60,655 bases of DNA from an uncultured Myxococcales bacterium (GCA_964469485.1 CAYXZP010000002.1:1-60655), one strand, 5' to 3'; shown: positions 42,301-50,978, numbered from the stretch's first letter. The notes: generated from the sequence alone by a model not told the origin. A program made the numbers and translations.

Positions 42301-43411
42301 CGGAGGCTATGAGGACGATTTCTGCAACTGCTACCTAGGCCCGCCCTTGTCTTTCTCGGCCGGCAACACGCCGGCCTGCGTGGTCAACCGCATTGCCCAA
42401 GACACCAAGGGTACGGCGTGGGTGGACGAGGGCAGGGGCGAGGTCGAGGCGCACCTCCGTTCGGTCGCGCATCTTGGCGAGGGTCTTACCGAACCCTGCC
42501 CGTATTGCGTCGGAGATGTGACGCCTTCTGACGGACTGCGTGACGGTGTCTGCAGGAAGGGGGCCAACCAGGGAGAGACATGCGACGGTTGGGGCGTGAA
42601 CACATCCTTCCCCGGCCCCTATGGCATAGCGACTTCCTGCATCGGGGGTCCCAAGGACGGGGACGGTTGCATGATAGACAGCAATTGCGACGAAGAAGGT
42701 GGCGATGGCCTCGGCGTCTGCGGCAACCCCGTGCCCGCTTACCCGAGTCTCGACTGCATGCCTTCAGCCGGCAAGAACGTCAGCGGAGAGGGTCTGCAGA
42801 TCGATCTCATCCAACGCACCGAACGCGTAGAACTGGCTGCCTCGCTAGCGTGCGGGTTCCCGTTCTTCGGGCATAACTGCCACTGCCGTCAATGCACGGG
42901 AGACAGCACCGTACCCTGCAGCGATGATTCGATGTGTGAGGAGGTCGGAGGGACCTGCAGCAGCCTCGGGAGCGGCACGAACGTCGGACCAAATGGGTGC
43001 GACGGCTACCTGTGCTCGGACGTCGATGGCCAAGGAACAGTAGGTGAGTGCACCACCGGCCCCGACTCTAGGTTCTGTGACGGTATGCTGAAGTCCAGCG
43101 GCGATCCGTTCGTAGCCTGTCAGGCCGATGCCGATTGCTCCATAAGCGTGATCGGCTTCGATGCCGGTTCCTGCACCATGGTCAAGAGGCGCTCATGTTT
43201 TCTCGACCCGATAGTGGCGGTCGGCGAAGCGTCGACCACGGCGCCGCTCGGTGCGGCCATCTTCTGCATACCGCCGACCGGCAATGCCGGCATCAACGGT
43301 GTGGCCGGACTCCCGGGCGTGGGGCGGGCGATGAACCACGCCTCCGGCAAACTGTTTTGCGCCAGCGACCCGGGCAAACGCTATGAGCCGGGCCTGGGCG
43401 GCTGCGACTGA
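39377..43411 (+). CDS. Giant secreted cysteine-rich modular protein D (~1344 aa)
   Basis: Possible starts are TTG 39368 (listed), ATG 39377 and GTG 39386; the GTG has GAGGA 8 nt upstream. Signal 'RFAVGTISLTLLLSAVPYGLPTAAVAQA'. Modules in order: helical Cys modules, 4 Cys-rich repeats, cohesin-like module, 4 Cys-rich repeats, module X. Confidence 0.9.
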   Translation: MERVRFAVGTISLTLLLSAVPYGLPTAAVAQATEEPDAPLSESAYSCQQALMRVSHRYLTRNLKIRHRCRARASAAAACLTGLGDDKTAKAIAKLRERVDTAVLRKCRNVNLNDLYFPGPCDLITTGTCHIDQCTDSYRECRDTLESGDAVAPPDCAAGQCIERNMYVGCTTHADCRGEAGTCKTPGQVCEGGPFAGRTCQADADCASSAECKDKTVGVFDVTDLSTCFKSLLDTNSEILLDQEYPADSSTGATARARQGRKGKTKKKGCVERAATAASRMVLRELRTRQRCLSDERAPDTGEEAADAGEDTAEEATGCRKNVVPYGPGTGNTRADAIIVQAYVRLLLLVPSVCEDSDLAGKTYTSFDPTGAPFDVYDLRQFLFDTHRSLNRDLLSVAFPPKPVCGDGELQGWVEECDDGNIFSDDTCLPNCAAARCGDDQVCSHTSCESGPSSGAEECDDGALNSDTVSDACRTDCASPFCGDGVVDSGAGEACDSGAANSDTAADACRTTCALATCGDGVVDSSEACDIGRQCRDADGVPGSLCTTDDDCAAGQTCEPGGESATCDSDCTLALDRAPAEVSVTGSGVFNSITLTWDLSVVGKAAAVVAEDKDGNPVCAVSTQLAAQGCLYSLGNYLSGSELTATVDGCDIALDEAAPLVLFTCLTVVGEAGAEPGGDVTVDDVVCSEDGCGETAADITVSMEVLEADSCGDGTVNYARGEACDDGNLSDNDACLSDCALAHCGDGHVCSDGACSPAEGGPGEELCDDGNDDEEDGCLSTCRTVACGNGTVDPGEDCDDGNTVESDACLNNCMEAACGDGIIYAGVEECDGESVGDCEFCSDQCRCFIGRGCPGSGELTLYAGTGVSCAGDQDCFDFYGEQYPGSCNPELSRCTTKTLLTTGSTGIAHGADLTDNISLKGRLQCPDAAPCGDCAVIGLMADNPDEGEQGGRYCRCAADNRQYCDVPLDSDPDACGGYEDDFCNCYLGPPLSFSAGNTPACVVNRIAQDTKGTAWVDEGRGEVEAHLRSVAHLGEGLTEPCPYCVGDVTPSDGLRDGVCRKGANQGETCDGWGVNTSFPGPYGIATSCIGGPKDGDGCMIDSNCDEEGGDGLGVCGNPVPAYPSLDCMPSAGKNVSGEGLQIDLIQRTERVELAASLACGFPFFGHNCHCRQCTGDSTVPCSDDSMCEEVGGTCSSLGSGTNVGPNGCDGYLCSDVDGQGTVGECTTGPDSRFCDGMLKSSGDPFVACQADADCSISVIGFDAGSCTMVKRRSCFLDPIVAVGEASTTAPLGAAIFCIPPTGNAGINGVAGLPGVGRAMNHASGKLFCASDPGKRYEPGLGGCD
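40589..40981 (+). repeat. First block of about 4 Myxococcus-type cysteine-rich repeats in protein D
   Basis: 'CGDGELQGWVEECDDGNIFSDDTCLPNC', 'CGDDQV...AEECDDGALNSDTVSDACRTDC', 'CGDGVVDSGAGEACDSGAANSDTAADACRTTC', 'CGDGVVDSSEACD'. Confidence 0.8.
41107..41500 (+). other. Cohesin-like beta-sandwich module (tentative), protein D
   Basis: 'VSVTGSGVFNSITLTWDL...LVLFTCLTVVGEAG...ITVSMEVLE'. Alignable in outline with 26478-26846. Confidence 0.35.
41506..41915 (+). repeat. Second block of about 4 Myxococcus-type cysteine-rich repeats in protein D
   Basis: 'CGDGTVNYARGEACDDGNLSDNDACLSDC', 'CGDGHV...ELCDDGNDDEEDGCLSTC', 'CGNGTVDPGEDCDDGNTVESDACLNNC', 'CGDGIIYAGVEECDG'. Confidence 0.8.
41927..43408 (+). 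other. Module X, copy in protein D (with an internal insertion)
   Basis: 'CNCYLGPPLSFSAGNTPACVVNRIAQDTKGT', 'EPCPYCVGDV', 'LDCMPSAGKNVSGEGLQIDL', 'FCIPPTGNAGINGVAGLPGV'. Extra segment 'IATSCIGGPKDGDGCMIDSNCDEEGGDGLGVCG'. Confidence 0.75.
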
Positions 43412-43417
43412 GCGCGG

Positions 43418-44275
43418 CTACTCGGCCTTCTCGAGGATACGCAGGAACTCGCCCTTGGGGCTCAGCAGTATCCGGGTGCGCTCGGGGAGTGCGACCCGGT
43501 AAGCCTCGAGCGTGCGCATGAACTCGTAAAAGGACGGGTCCCGGCCGTAGGCCTTGGCATAGATGGTGGTGGCGCGGCCGTCGGCGTCGCCGCGGATGAC
43601 CTCGGCTTTGCGGTTGGCCTCGGCCAGGATGACCTCGCGCTCCTTCTCGGCCTGCGAGCGGATAGTGCGGGCCTGCTCCTCGCCTTCGGCACGGAACTTC
43701 TTGGCCTGCCGCTCGCGCTCGGTGCGCATACGGCTGAAAACGTTCTGTTCGTTCTTTTCGGGTAGGTCGGCCCGCTTAATCCTCACATCGATGACCTCGA
43801 CGCCGTAGGCCACGGCCCTTTCGTTGGAATCCTTGGTGACCCCGCGCATGAGCGCGTCACGGTCGCCGGAAACTAGGTTGCGCAGTGTCGACTTCCCGAT
43901 GGCCTCGCGCAGGTTGGAGTAGATTATATCGTCGAGCCTGGACTGGGCGCCGGCCAGCGTGCCCACGGTCTGGTAGAACTTGAGAGGGTCGGTGATCCTC
44001 CAGCGCGAATAGTTATCGACCACCAGTTGCTGTTTGTCCTGGGTGATCAGCTCCTTTGACGCAGCGTCGTATTCGAGCAGCCGTTTTTCGAAGAGCATCA
44101 CGTTCTGGACCAGGGGCGTCTTGAAGTAGAGCCCGGGCTCGGAGATCGTTCTGACGGGTTTTCCGAACTGTAGGACAAGCGCCTGCTGCCATTCGGTCAC
44201 CTGGAAGCAGGCCATCCCGTAACCGACGGCGACGAGCACGAACAGGGAGATCAGTATGGCGGCAAGACGGTTCAT
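43418..44275 (-). CDS. hflC: Protease modulator HflC (SPFH/band-7)
   Basis: N-terminal TM followed by 'FQVTEWQQALVLQFGKPVRTISEPGLYFKTPLVQNV', the typical HflC start. 4-nt overlap with upstream hflK. Confidence 0.85.
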   Translation of the reverse strand: MNRLAAILISLFVLVAVGYGMACFQVTEWQQALVLQFGKPVRTISEPGLYFKTPLVQNVMLFEKRLLEYDAASKELITQDKQQLVVDNYSRWRITDPLKFYQTVGTLAGAQSRLDDIIYSNLREAIGKSTLRNLVSGDRDALMRGVTKDSNERAVAYGVEVIDVRIKRADLPEKNEQNVFSRMRTERERQAKKFRAEGEEQARTIRSQAEKEREVILAEANRKAEVIRGDADGRATTIYAKAYGRDPSFYEFMRTLEAYRVALPERTRILLSPKGEFLRILEKAE

Positions 44276-45324
44276 TCGACTTTGCCCTTCGCGGCCCCAC
44301 CGCCCATCTCCCCGAGCGGCAGCATGGGCAGGACACCGTCGGCGATGTGGGAGTCGACGATGACCTTGTCCATCGTGGGGAGCACGGCCTCCATTGTTTC
44401 CAGGTACATACGCCGGCGTGTCACCTCAGGTGCTTTGGCGTAGGCCTCGTAGAGCAGTTCGAAGCGCGCAGCCTCTCCTTCGGCCGCCTTCACGCGTCCC
44501 GCTGAATAGCCCTCGGACCGGTTGACGATCTGTGCCGCCATGCCACGGGCCTTTGGGAGTATGTCGTTGGCGAAGCCCTGGGCCTCGTTGACCATCCGCT
44601 CTCGGTCCTGCTCGGCGTTGATCACGTCTTTGAACGCGTCTTGCACTGGACCCGGTGGCGCTACGTCCTGGAGCTTGACGGTGGCTATGTGAAGGCCGGC
44701 GGCATAGCCGTCGAGTATGCCCTGGAGTAACTGCTCGGCCTGCGTCTGGATCTGGAACCGCCCCTCGGTAAGCGCCATGTTGATGCTCGTGTGTCCTATG
44801 ACATCCCGCATAGCCGATTCCGCCGAGTCGCGCAGGGTTTCGGTGGGATCGCGTACGTTGAAAAGGAACGCTACGGGATCCTTTATGCGGTATTGGACGA
44901 TGAAGTTCAGCTCGACGATGTTGCCGTCCTCCGTGAGCATGCGCGCCTCTTCCAGCACCGGGCGGTAGCGTGCGGGCGGACCGACATCGAGGGTGCGGAA
45001 ACCTATCTCCTCCTTGTGTACGACGGTGACCGGTGGTTTGAGGACCCGTTCCACCGGCCAGGGCAGGTGCCAGTGCAGGCCTGGCGATGTCGTGGTGACG
45101 GCACGCCCGAAACGAAGAACCACGCCGACCTCGCTCGGGTTGACCTGGTAAAGGCCCGTCGCCGCCCAAAGCAGCAGGGCTACGAGGAGGCCCGCGATGG
45201 CCCCGCCACCACTGGGCAGGCCGGCCGGCAGGCCCGCGCGGACCCGGTTGAAGATGTCCTTGATCATCTCCTCGGGGTCCGGGGGAAGCTGGCTCGAACC
45301 GTTTCCACCGAATCGCTCTGGCAC
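44272..45324 (-). CDS. hflK: Protease modulator HflK (SPFH/band-7)
   Basis: 'PPDPEEMIKDIFNRV' (compare 'PPDLDDIFRKL' of HflK), then a TM and 'YQVNPSEVGVVLRFGR'. GTG 45324 keeps the PPD motif. ATG 45267 is an alternative. The listed 45504 start overlaps the kinase gene. Confidence 0.8.
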   Translation of the reverse strand: MPERFGGNGSSQLPPDPEEMIKDIFNRVRAGLPAGLPSGGGAIAGLLVALLLWAATGLYQVNPSEVGVVLRFGRAVTTTSPGLHWHLPWPVERVLKPPVTVVHKEEIGFRTLDVGPPARYRPVLEEARMLTEDGNIVELNFIVQYRIKDPVAFLFNVRDPTETLRDSAESAMRDVIGHTSINMALTEGRFQIQTQAEQLLQGILDGYAAGLHIATVKLQDVAPPGPVQDAFKDVINAEQDRERMVNEAQGFANDILPKARGMAAQIVNRSEGYSAGRVKAAEGEAARFELLYEAYAKAPEVTRRRMYLETMEAVLPTMDKVIVDSHIADGVLPMLPLGEMGGGAAKGKVE

Positions 45325-45370
45325 AGGGCGGAATCGGTACCAGCGGGCCGGCAGGCTGTCAACCGGCCGT

Positions 45371-47065
45371 CTAGTGAATCTGCGAAGAGCCGCCGGCCAG
45401 GGTTGCGTGTTCACCGCCGACCGGGATGACAAAGGTGATGCGCGTACCCCCCTTCGACGGACGTTCGGCCCAGATGGTGCCGCCGTGATAGTTGACCACC
45501 TCACGGCAGATCGCCAGACCGAGCCCGGTGCCTCCCATGGGCCTGTCCTCGCCCTCCTCCCGCCGGACCTGGTGGAAGCGGTCGAAGACGATGTCGAGCT
45601 GTTCGTCGGGTATGCCGGGCCCGGTGTCGGTCACGCGCACGCGTATCACACGGGTCCCCGCGTGTGTCGTTTCGTCGGCGAGCAACTGGATACGGCCGCC
45701 CTTGGGCGTGTATTTGACGGCGTTGTCCATCAGGTTGGTGACCACCTGTATGAGGCGGTCGCCGTCGCCGTTGATGGCCGGCAGCGGACGCGCCGTCTTG
45801 GCGCTGAGCTTGATGTCGTGCTCGGTGACCAGCGGCTTGAAGGTCTGCACGACGTGGTCGATGAGTTCGGCGGGGTCCTCGATGGGCTCGAGTTCCCAAT
45901 CTATCCTCCCGGCCTCGATCTTGGCCAGGTCGAGGAGGTCGTCGATCAGGCGGGCCAGCCGGCCGGTCTCGGCCGTTATGACCGCGCTGAACTTGCGCTC
46001 GTTGCGACCGTCGGCATCACCGTAGCGGTTGATGATCTTGGCTGCGGCTGAGATGGCGGCGAGCGGGCTGCGGAGCTCGTGAGAAACGTTGTTCAGGAAC
46101 TCGGTCTTGAGCCGGTCGTACTCGGTAAGTCTCTCGTTGGTGGTTTGCAGCTCGGCCGTGCGTTCGCGCACCTTTCCCTCGAGGTTCTTGGAATAGTCCT
46201 CGAGCTGCGTGCGCAGGTTCTGTTCCTCCCGTGTCGCGTCCTCGGCCTCTTGTTTGGCGACCACGAGTTCGCCGACGTACGACTTGATGGAACTTCGCAT
46301 GCGGTCGAACTGTCTGGCCAACTGGCCTAGTTCGTCGCGCGAGGTAACCTCCAAAATGGGTTGCTCGAGGTTGCCTTGGGCGATCGCTTCGGTCTCGCGC
46401 GCGAGCTCGCCGATGGGACGCAACAGGCGCCTGTTGAAAAATGCCGCGCCGGCCAGCCCGAGTAGCGCGGTTGCAAAGCCTGCGGCAAGCGCCACCAGAA
46501 CGCCTCGTGTGGCAAGTCCGCCGCCCCTCGCAAGCGCGGCTTCCTGGCGCGTTTCGATCCTGGCCAGGTCGAAGGCGAGCACGAGACTCCCCCACAGTTC
46601 GCCTCCCACGTGGATGGGATGAGTGATCTCGACGTGGCTCGAGCCGCGAGTACCCTGTCTGAACACCGGGCGCCCGCGAGACGGGATATACGGCGCGGGT
46701 TGTCCGACCATGGAAGGGTCGGTGTGTACGAGGATACTTCCGGCCGTGTTGGCGACATAGGCGTGGTCGAGTTCGTCGTTGCTCAACGCCAGCGACCCTA
46801 GGCTCTCGCCGACGAAGGTCAGGTTGTAGCCTGCTATGGCGCTTTCCATGCTGGCCGCCATGCTCTCGGCCAGCAGCCTTCCGCGGTCGACCATGCTCTT
46901 GCGGAGGGCGATGCTGGTGTGGCCGATCTCGGCGCTCAACAGCCGGGACTGCCAGTAGGTCGTAATCGATACGACTATGGCTATGCAGACGAAGGTCGTC
47001 GCGGCCCCTGCGACCACGAGCTTGAGGTGTAGCCCCATCGCCGGGGCTTTCGTCGATCTAGCCAT
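45371..47065 (-). CDS. Sensor histidine kinase (periplasmic sensor loop, HAMP, HisKA, HATPase_c)
   Basis: Two TMs flank a loop of about 170 aa. HAMP 'RRLLRPIGELARETEAIAQGNL', H-box 'VSHELRSPLAAI', and N/G boxes 'NLMDNAVKYTPKGG' and 'DTGPGIP..GTGLGLAI'. No response regulator nearby. Confidence 0.9.
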   Translation of the reverse strand: MARSTKAPAMGLHLKLVVAGAATTFVCIAIVVSITTYWQSRLLSAEIGHTSIALRKSMVDRGRLLAESMAASMESAIAGYNLTFVGESLGSLALSNDELDHAYVANTAGSILVHTDPSMVGQPAPYIPSRGRPVFRQGTRGSSHVEITHPIHVGGELWGSLVLAFDLARIETRQEAALARGGGLATRGVLVALAAGFATALLGLAGAAFFNRRLLRPIGELARETEAIAQGNLEQPILEVTSRDELGQLARQFDRMRSSIKSYVGELVVAKQEAEDATREEQNLRTQLEDYSKNLEGKVRERTAELQTTNERLTEYDRLKTEFLNNVSHELRSPLAAISAAAKIINRYGDADGRNERKFSAVITAETGRLARLIDDLLDLAKIEAGRIDWELEPIEDPAELIDHVVQTFKPLVTEHDIKLSAKTARPLPAINGDGDRLIQVVTNLMDNAVKYTPKGGRIQLLADETTHAGTRVIRVRVTDTGPGIPDEQLDIVFDRFHQVRREEGEDRPMGGTGLGLAICREVVNYHGGTIWAERPSKGGTRITFVIPVGGEHATLAGGSSQIH

Positions 47066-47102
47066 TGCTCTTGCCTACCTACTCCGTACATCCTTGCACG
47101 GC

Positions 47103-49187
47103 CTAGAAGTCCCGGGCAAGCCGGATCATCCAGCCCCTCGTTACGGGGCTTACCGGCCTCAGGAGCTCCGAAAAGAACTCTTCGTGGGAGCGTTCGAGCA
47201 GGTTCTTTCCGATCACGCTCACGGTGGTGCCGCCGTCGAGCCGGTAGTTGGCGGTCAGGTCGAGGCGCAGGTAGGAATCGATGGTCGTGTCCGCCCCCGT
47301 GAGCGGAGCTGTTATCACCGCACGATCGACCCAATGGAGCGAGGGGACCAGTTCGAGCCTGGGGGAGGCCTCTATCCATTGACGGAGGTTGAACTTCCAC
47401 TGCGGCGTGTCGGGGTTTGTGTCGCCGTCGGCGCGGTTGTGGATGAAGGATGCGTTGAACTCGGCGCGCCAGCGGTCGTTGAGGGTGAGGTCGGCCGCCA
47501 CCTCGCCCCCGTAGCCGTAGGCCGCCGTCGCGTTGTCGATATAGGTGTCGTAGTACATGACCCCCGATTGCGGGAAGGACTGGTTGATGCTTGCGCCGCT
47601 GAACGAGGCTACGTTGTCGTAGTCGTGGTAGAAGGCCGTTAGGTCGTACGAGAAACTGTCGTTTATACGGTCGCGGTAACCGATCTCGTAGGATTCCATC
47701 TCAGTGTCGTCGGCACGGCCACCGGCAATGAAACGGGGGATCACCGTGGTGGGCTCGCTGTTGATGATGCTCGAGGTCGGCGTTCCCAGGATGACCACGT
47801 ACATGTCGCCGAAAGAAGGGGTGTTGACGGCACGCGAGGCCGCCGCCCACACGGTCCGGTCCTCGTCGAGGCGGCGGGCCGCGCGCACCGAGGGTTGGAG
47901 GTTGGTGCCCGTGAAGGAGTTGTTCTCGACCTTGGTGCCGAAGGTTATCTTCGTGGCCGCGTCGAGTTCGTAGCCGTACTGGAGGTAAGCGCCGAGCACG
48001 TTGAGCGTGTCACGCGGAAGGGTGATGCTGCCGTCGTTACCGACCAACCCCATGGAGGCGACGCCGTTGGTGAAGTCGAACTCGCTACGTCTCAGGTTCA
48101 CGCCGCAGCTCATGAACAGGCGGTCACGCCGGCCCAAACGCCGTCCGTAATCCAATTCCACCTCGACCGTGCGTCTGATGTTGTTGAAGGAACCCAGGAA
48201 GGGCGTGCGCCGGTCGACGTAGTCGGTCGCCGCCTGCAAATGTCCTTGGGCGCCGTCGGCAAAGTCCTTCTCGAGCCGCCACAAGGTCGTGTATAGCTCG
48301 GTCTCGAATTTGTCGGGCGGCACCTGCGCGCTGCCGTCGTTCTCGAGCGCGGTGATGGCCAGCCGGTTGTCGTATAGCTCGCCGGTTCCGATGAAGCGCA
48401 GCCCCCGGCCGAGATCCCAGTCGAAGCGGTAGCCGAGACCGTGTTCGTCGTTCTCGTCCTCTATGGCGGCTCCCGAGTTGCCACCGTAGCCCTTCGAGCT
48501 TGCCCCTTTCAGAAACACACGAAAGTCGAGCGTGCCGTCGCTGCCGCCCAACCGGAGCCCGGCCGTGGCCGTCGAATTGTCACCTGCCGCGAGTCTGATG
48601 TGCCCGCCGGGGGTGTCGCCGGCCGCCTTGGTGATGATGTTGATGACGCCGTTGACGGCGTTGGAACCCCACAGCGTGCCGCCGGGTCCACGAATGACCT
48701 CGATACGTTCGATGTCGGGCAGGAAGCCGTTCCACTGTTTCCACAGGGTTCCCCCGAAGGTCGGCGTGTAGATCGGCCGGCCATCGAGCAGAACGAGCAT
48801 CTTGTCTGCGAAGATTCCGTTGGACCCGCGCGCCGAGACGGCGGTGAAGTTGCTGTCGACGTCGGCAACATCGACGCCCGGCGCCATGCGCAGGGCCTCG
48901 GTGAGGCTGTCGGCGCCGGAGGCCGCGATATCGCGGCCGCTTATCACGTAGACGGCGGCCGCCGAACCCCACAGGGCTTCCGGGTGGCGCGAAACCGAGG
49001 TGACGATGTCCGTTTCGACCTTGAAGAAGCTCAGCTCGGGGCTGTGGTCGAGTGAGGGCTCCGGGCTCTCAAATGGGTCCGCGCCGGACTCGGCCGCTCT
49101 TGTCTCCAGGACCAGCACCAGGGACATGATCGTTGCGGTGATCCAGACTGCGATCTTCGCCGGTGACGTGCGTGTGTATCGATGCAT
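47103..49187 (-). CDS. TonB-dependent outer-membrane receptor
   Basis: Signal peptide, plug ('AAAVYVISGRDIAASGADSLTEALRMAPGVDV'), a long beta-barrel and a terminal aromatic residue ('RLARDF'). Confidence 0.9.
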   Translation of the reverse strand: MHRYTRTSPAKIAVWITATIMSLVLVLETRAAESGADPFESPEPSLDHSPELSFFKVETDIVTSVSRHPEALWGSAAAVYVISGRDIAASGADSLTEALRMAPGVDVADVDSNFTAVSARGSNGIFADKMLVLLDGRPIYTPTFGGTLWKQWNGFLPDIERIEVIRGPGGTLWGSNAVNGVINIITKAAGDTPGGHIRLAAGDNSTATAGLRLGGSDGTLDFRVFLKGASSKGYGGNSGAAIEDENDEHGLGYRFDWDLGRGLRFIGTGELYDNRLAITALENDGSAQVPPDKFETELYTTLWRLEKDFADGAQGHLQAATDYVDRRTPFLGSFNNIRRTVEVELDYGRRLGRRDRLFMSCGVNLRRSEFDFTNGVASMGLVGNDGSITLPRDTLNVLGAYLQYGYELDAATKITFGTKVENNSFTGTNLQPSVRAARRLDEDRTVWAAASRAVNTPSFGDMYVVILGTPTSSIINSEPTTVIPRFIAGGRADDTEMESYEIGYRDRINDSFSYDLTAFYHDYDNVASFSGASINQSFPQSGVMYYDTYIDNATAAYGYGGEVAADLTLNDRWRAEFNASFIHNRADGDTNPDTPQWKFNLRQWIEASPRLELVPSLHWVDRAVITAPLTGADTTIDSYLRLDLTANYRLDGGTTVSVIGKNLLERSHEEFFSELLRPVSPVTRGWMIRLARDF

Positions 49188-49210
49188 CGGTCAGCTCCCC
49201 CTACGCTTGC

Positions 49211-50149
49211 TCATTCACCGCCGGGGCCTATGACGGTGTCGGCCATCTTGATGGTGTCGGAATCGATCGCCAGCCCCAAGATCTCGAGCGTGTCCGCGTT
49301 GATCACCAAACGGCTTCCCAGCGGCGTCTGTACGGTCGGCGGGCGCCCGGTGTCTTCCAACAATCGGGCCAGAAGTGTGGCTGCCTGCGACCCCATTGTT
49401 TTGTAACTCGGGGAGACCGAGACGAGCGCGCCGGCGCGCACGAAGTTCTCGGAAAAGGCCAAGAAGGCCACGCCGTCGTGCTTGCTGCGTTCTTCGAGGT
49501 AAGCGAAGTTGTCGCGGGTGACCACTACCGGGTCGGGCAACATCCACAGGGCGTCGATGTCGGTGCGCATGCGGCGGTAGGCGCCAGGCACGTCGTCGGA
49601 ATGTCTGACGCGTTCCTCGACCATGTCGAGAGCGAGTTCCCCGGCCGCCCGCCTTATGGCCTCGGTTCGTTGCGCGAGCGTGTGGCCGCTCGTTATCAGG
49701 CCGACCTTCTTGACGTGCGGAAAGACCAGCTTGAGCCGGGTCAGAACGTCGCGGGCCGGTATCTCGACGGCGACCCCCGTCACCGGCCCATCGCCGAGGC
49801 CGTATCTTTCCCATCCCAGCACCATTGCAAAGACCAGGGGGGTATCGGGCAGCACGCGGCGGCTGAGCCAAGCGGCCTGTCCCCCCAGGGCCAGTATCGC
49901 GTCGGGCCTGTCGGCCTCCAGTGCCTTTCGTACGGCGGTTTCCCCCGCGCTGCGCGAGCCTCGCATCTCGACGACCTTCGTATCGGCTCCCGCCGCGAGC
50001 CTGAAGGCGTCGATCGGGGCTTGGTACTGCGGGATATCGTGGCTCTTGACGATGAGCACCGTGGCTCGGTCGGCGCCGGCACCCGCGGGCGGCGCAAGAG
50101 CCAGCAACAGCACACATGCCGCCGTCAAGTATCGTCTAGTGAGGTGCAT
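49211..50149 (-). CDS. Periplasmic binding protein of the 'ABC_sub_bind' (PF04392-like) type
   Basis: ATG 50149 gives signal 'MHLTRRYLTAACVLLLALAPPAGA'. 'PDAILALGGQAA', 'TPLVFAMV' and 'VTGVAVEIP' follow that family's pattern. 14-nt overlap with the upstream gene. Confidence 0.7.
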   Translation of the reverse strand: MHLTRRYLTAACVLLLALAPPAGAGADRATVLIVKSHDIPQYQAPIDAFRLAAGADTKVVEMRGSRSAGETAVRKALEADRPDAILALGGQAAWLSRRVLPDTPLVFAMVLGWERYGLGDGPVTGVAVEIPARDVLTRLKLVFPHVKKVGLITSGHTLAQRTEAIRRAAGELALDMVEERVRHSDDVPGAYRRMRTDIDALWMLPDPVVVTRDNFAYLEERSKHDGVAFLAFSENFVRAGALVSVSPSYKTMGSQAATLLARLLEDTGRPPTVQTPLGSRLVINADTLEILGLAIDSDTIKMADTVIGPGGE

Positions 50150-50978
50150 GGGGGTCTCCGTTGGCCGGGAAAAGCCGGATACCATCGTAGCCGAACAAGG
50201 CCAGGATGGTTCTTCCGCTCGTCGTCGTTCCGAGATTCGATAGAAGTGCGCGTGCTTGCTCCACCATGTCGGGACTGGCCCATTCGGTGGCGTAGTAGCG
50301 CGGGAAGGGGATGTCTTTGGTGTAGGCCACGGTTATCAGCCCTCGGGTGATGGCCGGGTTGACGGACAACAGTTTTTTGTACTCGGTCTCGGTTACGAGA
50401 GCCGCATCTACCTGGCCGAAACAAAGCGCCAGTAGCGCGTCGATGTCCTTTGGCACCGGGATCACCCCGACGCGTCCGCTCGACACCGGCAGGCCGGGTA
50501 GCATTGCTTCGAGGCTGGCCAGACCCGGGCCCGGTACGGTGGCCGCCAGCGAGCGGTCGGCCATTGCCGCAAGCCCGGTGATGCCGCTCTTGGCCATCAG
50601 CGCCTTACGGTAGGATGGCCGGCCCTTGAGCAGGGGGGTGGAAAGGGGGGTCAGCTTGGCCGGGAAATCAGGGTCCTCGGCCACCCAGACCGGCAGCGTA
50701 AGAAAGGGCGGCTGGCGCGCTTCAACCTCGCGCACGAGGTCTCCGTATCTGTCGAAGGCCTGGAAGCGGAGGCCGGCGCCCTCTTCGGCGAAGTACCGTT
50801 TGAGCGCCGTCGCGACGACATTGATGTTGCCCGGCCGCCAGTCCGGGCTGAAGAAGAACATGTCGTGTGCCGGCCGGGCCGCGGCCGCCGGCGGCCCCGT
50901 AGCCTCCTCGGCGCCGGCCGGAGCTCCGGCGAGCAATAGAATAGCGCAGACAAAGAATATGACGCGTCGCGCCAACAT
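50136..50978 (-). CDS. PhnD-like (phosphonate-bd type) periplasmic binding protein
   Basis: Signal peptide 'RRVIFFVCAILLLAGAPAGA'. A type-2 PBP-like pattern with 'VDAALVTETEYKKL'. Confidence 0.6.
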   Translation of the reverse strand: MLARRVIFFVCAILLLAGAPAGAEEATGPPAAAARPAHDMFFFSPDWRPGNINVVATALKRYFAEEGAGLRFQAFDRYGDLVREVEARQPPFLTLPVWVAEDPDFPAKLTPLSTPLLKGRPSYRKALMAKSGITGLAAMADRSLAATVPGPGLASLEAMLPGLPVSSGRVGVIPVPKDIDALLALCFGQVDAALVTETEYKKLLSVNPAITRGLITVAYTKDIPFPRYYATEWASPDMVEQARALLSNLGTTTSGRTILALFGYDGIRLFPANGDPHAPH

